Assembly (NCBI GenBank): GCA_963760795.1
Contig: CAVXEP010000006.1
Span: 68,615 to 132,614 of the forward strand
Reading direction: 5' to 3'
Source: an uncultured delta proteobacterium
GTDB lineage: Bacteria; Desulfobacterota; Binatia; UBA9968
DNA length: 64,000 nt
Positions within the stretch are counted from its first letter, which is position 1; every line of letters begins with the position of its first letter. This document shows, piece after piece, positions 33,966 to 41,921 of this stretch. The translations under genes and the position numbers were made by a program. The notes under the pieces are model-generated. The model searched no databases, was not told the origin of the DNA, and saw only the letters and a list, made by a program, of their open reading frames with translations.

Positions 33966-34823
33966 ATGGCAGCCAATCCGGAAGACAAATTCGTTAGCGT
34001 CGATGGACTGAAACTTCGCTATATCGAAGCAGGTACAGGACCCGCTGTGCTGTTTCTGCACGGCGCGTCGCTCGGGAGTTCGGCGGACGTGTTTCTGCGC
34101 AATCTCGACCCTTTTGCCAAATCCGGATTTCGCGCCGTCGCCTTCGACTATCCCGGTTTTGGCCTTTCCGACATTCCCGTCAAGCAAAGCACGGCGCAGC
34201 AACGCAATTCCATTCCGAAATTCATCGATGCCGCGGGGCTGGGCAAGACCGCGCTGATGGCGCATTCACGCTCGGGCGGCTTCGCGATTCAGCTGGCATT
34301 GGAAGATCCCAGCCGCTATTCGCACGTCGTCATTCTTGGCACCGGCTCGCTGCTGCCGCTGCAGACCGAAGCGCAGGTCGGCAGGTACGAAGCGGTACAG
34401 GCGCGGGTCGACAAGGAGATGGCGGAAAAGGAACCGACGCTGGAGGATGCCCGCAAACTCCTGCAGGCGGACACCTTCAACCATGCGCTGATCTCCGATG
34501 AAGACGTCGCCCTACGCCACCGCAGCATGATCGGCCGCAATTTCAAAGCACACCAGGACCGCCAGAGTCACGAGGCCCCCGCGGCCCCCGCCGGGGCCTC
34601 GGCGCCGGCCAAACCGTTATGGGAGAGACTCGCCGACCTGAAGCTGCCGCTATTGATGATGTTTGGCCGCGAAGACCGCGCCCACGCCGGTGAACGCGCC
34701 GAATTGCTGAAAAAACAGCAACCACGGCTCAATCTCCATATTGTCAATGGCTGCAAGCACATGGTGCATTGGGATGCCTTCGACGACCTGATGCGCCTGG
34801 GCGTGCCGTTTTTGAAGAGCTAG
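33966..34823 (+). CDS. Alpha/beta fold hydrolase
   Basis: FLHG, DYPGFGLS, nucleophile elbow AHSRSG, C-terminal HMVHWD. Confidence 0.88.
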   Translation: MAANPEDKFVSVDGLKLRYIEAGTGPAVLFLHGASLGSSADVFLRNLDPFAKSGFRAVAFDYPGFGLSDIPVKQSTAQQRNSIPKFIDAAGLGKTALMAHSRSGGFAIQLALEDPSRYSHVVILGTGSLLPLQTEAQVGRYEAVQARVDKEMAEKEPTLEDARKLLQADTFNHALISDEDVALRHRSMIGRNFKAHQDRQSHEAPAAPAGASAPAKPLWERLADLKLPLLMMFGREDRAHAGERAELLKKQQPRLNLHIVNGCKHMVHWDAFDDLMRLGVPFLKS

Positions 34824-34996
34824 CGAGGCGCCTGGGAGAACCACAGGAGATCAGGGTGAGGTCGTTTCTTTTCATGTGAGTCTTGGACAGCAGGTCTCGC
34901 TGGTCTCGGACCAAATCGCTAAATCATTCCGCGCCTCACGCCGATGAGCAACCGCAGTCATGCTCCTCCAGCATTGCTGTGCGAAATTAGCGCGGC

Positions 34997-36139
34997 ATGA
35001 GACCCGCCAAAACTTTTCACCGCCGCGGCATTGTCGAAGGCTTCTTCGGTCCGCTGTGGTCGATGGCGCACCGGCGCCGGCTGTTCGCATTCGGCGCGCA
35101 GCGCGGCATGAATACTTATCTCTATGCACCGAAGGACGATCCCTATCACCGCCAACTTTGGCGACGGCCTTACCCAGCGGCGCAATGGCGTGAGCTACTG
35201 CGGCTGATTAGAGCTGCGCAAAGAACTCGAATTGACTTCGTCTACGGTTTTCACCCCGGCGCGGGATTGTACTTTAGCGACGATCGCGCCGTTGGCATTC
35301 TGCTGCGCAAAGCGCGGCGCTTCTACGACGCTGGGGTACGCACCTTCGCCGTCCTGTTCGACGATATCCCGTCGCGCCTGAGCGATCCACGCGACCGGCG
35401 CGCATTCAAGAACAGTCTGGCGCGCGCCGAAGCGACTTGGATGGCAAAAATCATCGCCGCCCAGCCGGCGAGCTGGAGCGCTGTCGAGTGGTGGATTTGT
35501 CCTTCTTACTACAGCGAAGATGTTCTGCTCGAACGGGTCTTCGGCCAATTCGAACCGGAGTTTCTCGAAACCTTGGCGCAATATCTGCCGCCAAACATCC
35601 CCTGTTTCTGGACCGGGCCGTCAGTGGTTTCAAAAAGCATCACACTCACCCACGTGTGGCGCATCGCCAAGAAGATTAAGCGACCCCTGCTGCTGTGGGA
35701 CAACTATCCGGTCAACGACCTGTCCATGCGCGACGAACTGCATCTCGCACCGCTGCAAGGACGCGATCCGGGCTTGCCGAAGCATGTCTATGGCTATCTT
35801 AACAATCCATTGCTCCAGGAAGAGTTGAGCTATATGCCGTTGGCAACATGCTTCGACTATGCGCGGGCGCCGGCCAAGTACCGAGCGGAATCGTCCTGGA
35901 CGAAAATCGTTCGCCAACGTTTCGGCGCCGAGGCGTTAAGCCATTGGCGCGCGCTCAGGAGCTATGCTGAAGCAAGCATCGCCGCTGAAAAGGATAAGCG
36001 TCCGCTACAACTCACGATAGCCGAGACGCGCCGCCTGCAGGCCGCATGCAAGTACGTCGAACGAAATCGCCGTCGGTCCTGGGCAAAAGAAATAGCGCCG
36101 TGGCGCGCGGCCATCTTGAAACGGATTGGCGATTTGTGA
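34997..36139 (+). CDS. GH84 O-GlcNAcase-like beta-N-acetylglucosaminidase (stand-alone catalytic domain, no signal peptide)
   Basis: RGIVEGFFG, YAPKDDPYHR, catalytic FDDI, WTG, WDNYPVND. Confidence 0.88.
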   Translation: MRPAKTFHRRGIVEGFFGPLWSMAHRRRLFAFGAQRGMNTYLYAPKDDPYHRQLWRRPYPAAQWRELLRLIRAAQRTRIDFVYGFHPGAGLYFSDDRAVGILLRKARRFYDAGVRTFAVLFDDIPSRLSDPRDRRAFKNSLARAEATWMAKIIAAQPASWSAVEWWICPSYYSEDVLLERVFGQFEPEFLETLAQYLPPNIPCFWTGPSVVSKSITLTHVWRIAKKIKRPLLLWDNYPVNDLSMRDELHLAPLQGRDPGLPKHVYGYLNNPLLQEELSYMPLATCFDYARAPAKYRAESSWTKIVRQRFGAEALSHWRALRSYAEASIAAEKDKRPLQLTIAETRRLQAACKYVERNRRRSWAKEIAPWRAAILKRIGDL

Positions 36140-36201
36140 TGCGCGGCGATATGCGTTAGATCACTGAAAGAAACTCCCCGTTCAACCTCGACACTGCCCA
36201 A

Positions 36202-37632
36202 ATGCCAATGACGATCGCCAGCGCAACCTTCGGCCCCCTCGCCACAATGGGGGCGCGCCAATTGATCGCAACCATGAGCGAGTTCCGCGACCGCTTGCTC
36301 AGCCTGGTCGTCGATCTCGACGATCGGCAGATGATCGGTCCGCGCTTGGCGATCGTCAATCCGCCGCTCTGGGAAATCGGCCATGTCGCCTGGACTCAAG
36401 AGTTTTGGGCGCTGCGACACCTGCGCGGTGAAAAACCGCTCTTGGCGGGCAGCGACCGGCTCTACAATTCCACCGATGTCGCCCATGACACGCGCTGGGA
36501 ACTGTTGCTGCCAAACCGCGCCGACACATTGGCCTACATGAGCGAAGTGCTCGAACGCTGCATCGCCGGCATCGACGCCAAGTCCGAACTATCGGCCGAC
36601 GAGTTTTACTTTTACTGGTTAGCGACATTTCACGAAGGCATGCATGCCGAGGCGCTCGCCTACACGCGCCAAACTCTAGGCTATCCGCCACCGTCGTTTC
36701 TCCAACCCGCTACTTTGGGCGGGACTCGGAACCCGCGCGCTTGGCCCGGCGATGTCGAGATTCCCGACGGCAAGTTCACTATCGGCGCGACCAAGGACAT
36801 ACCGTTTGTTTTCGACAATGAGAAGTGGGCTCACGAGGTCGAGGTGAAATCCTTCCGCATTGCCCGCGCGCCTGTGACCAACGGCGAGTTTTTGCAATTC
36901 GTCGAAGCAGGCGGTTACCGCGAGCGCCAGCACTGGAGCGATGAGGGCTGGCAATGGCTTGAATCCGGCGGCGCGCCGCAGTTGGAGAAATCGTTTGCCA
37001 AGTTCTTCAACACTAACATTACTGAGCCGATGGAAATTGCCGCCTTCAAAGAAAAACTCGATCACCCAGTTTACTGGCAGCAACTCGACAACGGCCGCTG
37101 GCAGCAACGCATCTACGACCGCTATGTCCTGTTGAACGAAGACCTGCCAGTGGTGCATGTGAGTTGGTTCGAAGCCGAAGCCTTCTGCAATTGGGCCGGT
37201 CGGCGCCTGCCCACGGAAGCGGAATGGGAAGTGGCAGCCGCTGGCGAACCCACGGCGAATGGCATCGTGCTGGCGCCGCGGCGCCGCCATTACCCTTGGG
37301 GCGATAATCGCCCCGAACCGCAACACGCCAATCTCGACTGGCACGGCGGCGGTCTCGTCGAAGTTGCCATGCATGAAGCCGGTGACAGCGCCTTCGGTTG
37401 CCGCCAAATGATCGGCAATGTCTGGGAGTGGACCGCGGATAATTTTCTGCCTTATCCAGGATTTAGCGTGGATCCTTACAAGGAATACTCGCAGCCCTGG
37501 TTTGCCACGCATAAAGTCCTGCGCGGCGGCTGCTGGGCAACCTCGTCGCTGCTGATCCACAATGGCTGGCGCAACTTTTACACTCCAGACCGGCGCGATG
37601 TTTGGGCCGGCTTCCGCACCTGTGCGAAGTAA
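36202..37632 (+). CDS. senA: Selenoneine synthase (non-heme iron, EgtB-like)
   Basis: DinB domain NPPLWEIGHVAW and HEGMHAEA iron ligands; FGE-like domain FVFDNEKWAH, RNFYTPDRRDVWAGFR; adjacent to senB. Confidence 0.85.
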   Translation: MPMTIASATFGPLATMGARQLIATMSEFRDRLLSLVVDLDDRQMIGPRLAIVNPPLWEIGHVAWTQEFWALRHLRGEKPLLAGSDRLYNSTDVAHDTRWELLLPNRADTLAYMSEVLERCIAGIDAKSELSADEFYFYWLATFHEGMHAEALAYTRQTLGYPPPSFLQPATLGGTRNPRAWPGDVEIPDGKFTIGATKDIPFVFDNEKWAHEVEVKSFRIARAPVTNGEFLQFVEAGGYRERQHWSDEGWQWLESGGAPQLEKSFAKFFNTNITEPMEIAAFKEKLDHPVYWQQLDNGRWQQRIYDRYVLLNEDLPVVHVSWFEAEAFCNWAGRRLPTEAEWEVAAAGEPTANGIVLAPRRRHYPWGDNRPEPQHANLDWHGGGLVEVAMHEAGDSAFGCRQMIGNVWEWTADNFLPYPGFSVDPYKEYSQPWFATHKVLRGGCWATSSLLIHNGWRNFYTPDRRDVWAGFRTCAK

Positions 37633-37640
37633 AGTGGTTT

Positions 37641-38591
37641 GTGAAAATCCAACTGGTGACCCCCGCGCCGCTGAAGGTCAACAACGGCAACAAGATCACC
37701 GCGCTGCGCTGGGCGACCATACTGAAAAAACTCGGCCACCGCGTTCAGGTGCGCCAGGCCTACGACGGCCAGTCCTGCGATCTCCTGATCGCCTTGCACG
37801 CCCTGCGTAGCGCCGACTCGATCCAGCGGTTTCATGAGGCTCACCCGGACGATCCGCTGATCGTCGTGCTTACCGGCACAGACGTTTACCGCGACATCCA
37901 TGAGAATAAAAAAGCTCAACGATCACTTGAGCTGGCAACGCGGCTGGTAGCCCTGCAAAGCATGGCCGTAGGCGAGCTACCGAAAAAATTTCACGGAAAA
38001 ACTCAAGTTATCTATCAGTCAGCGCAAGCGGTCCGGGCAAAATTTAGAAATCGCAACCATATCTTTAATGTTTGCGTTATCAGCCATCTGCGCGATGAAA
38101 AGGATCCGTTGCGCGCCGCCATCGCCGTGCGCAACCTACCGCAGCAGTCGCGGATCGTAGTCACCCATGTCGGTCAATCTCTAGATCGACGAATTGCCAG
38201 AAGTGCCAAGGCGGAAGTTAAACGAAATCCCCGCTATCGCTGGATCGGCCAACTCTCCCATCGCCAAACCCGCCAGCTCCTCGCTCAGAGTAAACTGGTC
38301 GCCATCACATCGAAGATGGAAGGCAGCTCCAACGTGCTTTCCGAGGCCCTCGCCTCCGATGTGCCCGTCGTCGCGACGAAAATTTCCGGTTTGATGGGAA
38401 CGCTAGGAAAGCGCTTTATCGGCTACTATCCAACCGGCGACACGGATAAACTCCAACGGCTGCTTCTCAGAGCGGAGAGCGACGACAAGTTTTACCGTGA
38501 GCTTAAACGGCAATGCCGCGGCTTTGCTCCTCTCGTGCAACCCGGACGGGAACGGAGCGCCTGGCGGCGCCTGCTTCAGGAAATTGCTTGA
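37641..38591 (+). CDS. senB: Selenosugar synthase (Se-glycosyltransferase, GT-B)
   Basis: GNKITALRW, ALHALRS, LTGTDVYRD, HLRDEKDP, EGSSNVLSE (EX7E). Confidence 0.87.
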   Translation: MKIQLVTPAPLKVNNGNKITALRWATILKKLGHRVQVRQAYDGQSCDLLIALHALRSADSIQRFHEAHPDDPLIVVLTGTDVYRDIHENKKAQRSLELATRLVALQSMAVGELPKKFHGKTQVIYQSAQAVRAKFRNRNHIFNVCVISHLRDEKDPLRAAIAVRNLPQQSRIVVTHVGQSLDRRIARSAKAEVKRNPRYRWIGQLSHRQTRQLLAQSKLVAITSKMEGSSNVLSEALASDVPVVATKISGLMGTLGKRFIGYYPTGDTDKLQRLLLRAESDDKFYRELKRQCRGFAPLVQPGRERSAWRRLLQEIA

Positions 38592-38597
38592 GTAAAT

Positions 38598-39851
38598 TCA
38601 TTCGCGCCGTTCGTCATGAATCCAGCCTTTCACCCACGGTAACAGCAAATACGCCGGCATCGACAGCAAGAAAGTGATCGCGAAGTAGTTGGCGAAGCCG
38701 TACTTCTCCGCCCCCAGTCCGCTAATCGCGCCGATCAAACGCCCGGTGAGGGAAAAGACCGACGAGAGAAATGCGTACTGCACGGTCGCGTGCTCCTTCT
38801 GGCAGACGTTCATCAAGAACGCCAGAAACGCGGCGGTGCCAAGGCCGCCGGAAAGCGACTCGAACATCGAGGCGCCATAGAGACCGAAGCGGCCGAGGTC
38901 CAGCCACTCGACCAACGAATAACCGAGATTGGACACCGCCTGTAACAGACCGAGAAACCACACGCCGTGAAAGATGCCGTAGCGCGAGATGAACGCCCCG
39001 CCCATCAACGCGCCGACGACGCTGAGCACGATGCCAAACGTGGTCGGAAACATGCCGATCTGAAACATCAGCTGTTCCTGCACCGGCCAGATCGTCCTGC
39101 CGTAGTCTACCCAAAACGGTTTCACCATCGGCCCGATGGCGAACTCGCCCAACTTGTAAGTCAGGACGAATAAGATCAGCGGGATCACCTTCCAGGTGCC
39201 GGCCCAACCGGCAAAGCCGGCAAGCCAGTGCTCGCGCGCTGCTGCGGGCAAACTCAATTGCGGCACCGCCAACACGGCAAACGCCAGCGCGGCAAAGACC
39301 ACTCCGGCCAAAACGAAAAGTGCATTCCATGCCAACACGCCGGCAAGAAATACCGAACCGCCGCCGACGAAAACCAAGGCAACCCGATAGGCCGAAGCGC
39401 GCACACCGTTGGCCGCGCCCTCTTCGGCGCGATCGACCAAACCGACGGAGTAGGAATCGATGGCGACATCCTGGGTCGCCGATAAAGTCGTCAGCGCCAA
39501 GATCAACACGAGGACGATCACGCCAACAGCGGCGACGTTCACGAACGGTAGCGCGAACAGCACCGCCGCGATGCCGAGCATGCAAGCCAGTATCCACAAG
39601 CGCCGATCGCCGAATCGATGCACCAGCGGCGACCAAAACACTTTCAGTGAATATGGAAGCTCCAGCAACCGCAGTCCGCCGATGGCGCGCAGCGACACGC
39701 CGTTGATACGAAAATAAACCGGCAGGACTTCCCACAAGATCGCCGCCGGCGCGCCTTGAATGAAATAGAGCAAGGCGATGACGCCGAGCTTGCGTCGACT
39801 TGCCGGCGTGCTATCACCGACACCCAAACATTTCCACATCCACGCTGGCAT
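38598..39851 (-). CDS. AmpG-like MFS permease
   Basis: LYFIQG, LKVFWSPLV, SATQDVAID, ATVQYAFLSS. Confidence 0.85.
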   Translation of the reverse strand: MPAWMWKCLGVGDSTPASRRKLGVIALLYFIQGAPAAILWEVLPVYFRINGVSLRAIGGLRLLELPYSLKVFWSPLVHRFGDRRLWILACMLGIAAVLFALPFVNVAAVGVIVLVLILALTTLSATQDVAIDSYSVGLVDRAEEGAANGVRASAYRVALVFVGGGSVFLAGVLAWNALFVLAGVVFAALAFAVLAVPQLSLPAAAREHWLAGFAGWAGTWKVIPLILFVLTYKLGEFAIGPMVKPFWVDYGRTIWPVQEQLMFQIGMFPTTFGIVLSVVGALMGGAFISRYGIFHGVWFLGLLQAVSNLGYSLVEWLDLGRFGLYGASMFESLSGGLGTAAFLAFLMNVCQKEHATVQYAFLSSVFSLTGRLIGAISGLGAEKYGFANYFAITFLLSMPAYLLLPWVKGWIHDERRE

Positions 39852-40009
39852 ATTCGCATTGTTATAGAGACAAACCGCGAAACTTGCTAGCTCATTGTCA
39901 TCGACTCTTCGCTCCAGCGTTATCGCACAGGCAAATCGCGCCGATAATTATCGCGCGAACGCAAGACAAGATTTTCAGAGAAGGAATGATATCAATATCG
40001 ACCACAGAC

Positions 40010-40678
40010 TCACGGCCTATTTGGTTGTCCAGACGCAAGCCAGCGCGCAAACAGCGCTGCCGCCACGGCGCCAACGATCTGCGCCGCAATAAAATTTATC
40101 ACGCTCTGCGGCGCGATCCCGGCGAAGGTATCGCTCATGGCTCGCGCAATGGTTACCGCGGGGTTTGCGAAGGAAGTCGAAGAGGTAAACCAGTAGGCGC
40201 TACCTATGTAAGCGGCCACCGTCGCCGGCACGGCCTGCGCGCGAAATCGCGACGTCAACAAAATCACCAACACCAATCCGAAGGTCGCAACGATCTCACC
40301 GAAACCTTCACCCAACGATGAGCGCACATGGGTAGAGACTTGGACGATATTCAAACCAAACATCGCATGGGCCGCGGCGACCCCGGCAAGTGCGCCGCCG
40401 ACTTGGGCCAGCGAATAGCTCAACCCCTGTCGCGCCGGCATTTGTCCACAACAAACGCTCACCCAGGAAACCACCGGATTAAAATGCGCGCCGGAAATCG
40501 GTCCAAAGATGACGATCAGGACATACAGGCCGGCGCCCGTGGCAATCGCATTCGCCAACAACGCCACCGCCAGATTTCCCTGGGCGAGCTTTTCCCCCAT
40601 GATTCCCGAACCAACCACGATCGCCAACAGCATGGCTGTTCCAATGACTTCCGCGACCACAGATCGAGACAGCATCAT
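40010..40678 (-). CDS. MIP/aquaporin family channel (arsenic-operon type)
   Basis: GAHFNPV and SFANPAVT motifs; last gene of ars operon. Confidence 0.9.
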   Translation of the reverse strand: MMLSRSVVAEVIGTAMLLAIVVGSGIMGEKLAQGNLAVALLANAIATGAGLYVLIVIFGPISGAHFNPVVSWVSVCCGQMPARQGLSYSLAQVGGALAGVAAAHAMFGLNIVQVSTHVRSSLGEGFGEIVATFGLVLVILLTSRFRAQAVPATVAAYIGSAYWFTSSTSFANPAVTIARAMSDTFAGIAPQSVINFIAAQIVGAVAAALFARWLASGQPNRP

Positions 40679-41172
40679 TGCATTCGGCCAAGCTCGTCGA
40701 GTTTTTCTTTGAGAGCGAGCTTGTTAAGCGTATCGAACGGCAAGTTGACGAACAGCGAAATACGCCGGTAAAGCTCCGTATACGCCCGAAGAAATGCTTT
40801 CCGCTTGTCGTCATCGCTGCCCTGAACCGCCGCCGGGTCATGCACCCCCCAATGCGCCGTCATCGGTTGACCCGGCCAGACCGGGCATGCTTCCGCAGCC
40901 GCCTGATCACACACCGTAAAGACAAAATGCATGAACGGCGCGCCCGGTTGGGAGAATTCGTTCCAATCCTTGCTGCGCAGACCTTCGGTCGGCAGATGAT
41001 TCTTTGCTAGCAGTTCCAATGTTAGTGGATTGACACTACCGGCCGGACGGCTCCCCGCGCTAAAGGCTTTGAATTTGGTTTTCCCGATGGAGGTCAGGAT
41101 GGCCTCCGCCAAGATGCTGCGCGCCGAGTTGCCGGTACAGAGAAATAGAACATTGAGAATTTCCTGTTTCAT
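40675..41172 (-). CDS. arsC: Arsenate reductase (thioredoxin-coupled, LMW-PTP fold)
   Basis: CTGNSARS, TVCDQAAAEACP, HWGVHDP. Confidence 0.92.
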   Translation of the reverse strand: MKQEILNVLFLCTGNSARSILAEAILTSIGKTKFKAFSAGSRPAGSVNPLTLELLAKNHLPTEGLRSKDWNEFSQPGAPFMHFVFTVCDQAAAEACPVWPGQPMTAHWGVHDPAAVQGSDDDKRKAFLRAYTELYRRISLFVNLPFDTLNKLALKEKLDELGRMQ

Positions 41173-41183
41173 AAAAATCTCCC

Positions 41184-41361
41184 TTACGCGCAGCACACAC
41201 TGGTTTTTCTAGCCGTGGAATCAGCGATCGGCGCGGTTTCGCAGCAGGCGCCCGTCTGCGCGCGCGACCTGTCGCCGAAAACGGGAATGGTATCGAGGAA
41301 AGTAAAAACGAATGCTGGCATCGAGATTATCGACGGACACGTGCACATGAAAACGTTTCAT
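41184..41361 (-). pseudogene. Internally deleted ArsI/CadI-family VOC lyase
   Basis: N-terminus MKRFHVHVSVDNLDASIRFY joined out of frame to C-terminus LDTIPVFG...ACC...VCCA*; central core missing. Confidence 0.8.
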
Positions 41362-41735
41362 GATGACCTCCTCTTGGCTTTGGACTTCACTACAGCGGGC
41401 GCACAACAATCTCCCAGTGCGGTCTCCACGACGGTCAGACATTTCTGCGGCATACCGTGACAACAATTCTGCGTCAGAAAGGTCATCAACTCGGCCATCC
41501 GCTCGAAGTCAACGGCGTAGTAAAAGAACTGCCGCTCTTGTCGAGCCGTCACCAAGCCCGAACGCGCCAGTTCCTTCAAGTGGAAGGACAACGTCGCGCC
41601 GGGAACTTGCAACGTCGCACCGATGCGCCCTACCGATTCGCCGTCCCGGCCCGCCTCGATAAGCAAACGAAAAATCGCGAGGCGGGTTTCCTGCGCCAGC
41701 GCTGCTAAAGTCGACACCGCCGCCTTTATTTCCAT
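41358..41735 (-). CDS. arsR: ArsR family transcriptional repressor
   Basis: ALAQETRLAIFRLL, TLSFHLKEL, C-terminal NCCHG...C arsenite site. Confidence 0.92.
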   Translation of the reverse strand: MEIKAAVSTLAALAQETRLAIFRLLIEAGRDGESVGRIGATLQVPGATLSFHLKELARSGLVTARQERQFFYYAVDFERMAELMTFLTQNCCHGMPQKCLTVVETALGDCCAPAVVKSKAKRRSS

Positions 41736-41756
41736 ATTTCTAGTATCATCGAAATA
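41735..41756. promoter_or_regulatory. Putative ArsR operator
   Basis: Inverted repeat TATTTC-N10-GAAATA directly at the arsR start. Confidence 0.6.
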
Positions 41757-41813
41757 AATTTCAAGATCAAGTCCGGCGATGCTCTGCCGCCGCAATTGAA
41801 ACCAAGCGCCAAC

Positions 41814-41873
41814 GTAATCCGCGCGCCACGGTGCGTTCATCGACACTTCATTGGCTCGTCGCACAACCGCAAC
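41814..41873 (+). promoter_or_regulatory. Pho-box array upstream of phoX
   Basis: Half-sites at exact 11-bp period: GTAAT 41814, GCCAC 41825, TTCAT 41836, TTCAT 41847, GTCGC 41858, GCAAC 41869. Confidence 0.65.
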
Positions 41874-41921
41874 ATGATGGGGATACAACTCCGAGAAATT
41901 TTTATTCGCAAGGAGACAGAT

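Noticed and set aside
34820-34961. Selenocysteine read-through of the small peptide's TGA, or a selD/senC remnant (PRLT)
   Set aside because: Second TGA follows after six codons, no convincing SECIS, no GCxCK motif; a 4-residue match is insufficient
36202-37632. Ordinary ergothioneine EgtB call
   Set aside because: HEGMHAE-type motif and the adjacent SenB-like glycosyltransferase favour SenA
38598-39851. AmpG-like permease as part of the sen operon
   Set aside because: Convergent orientation; GlcNAc link is suggestive only and peptidoglycan recycling or another role is equally likely
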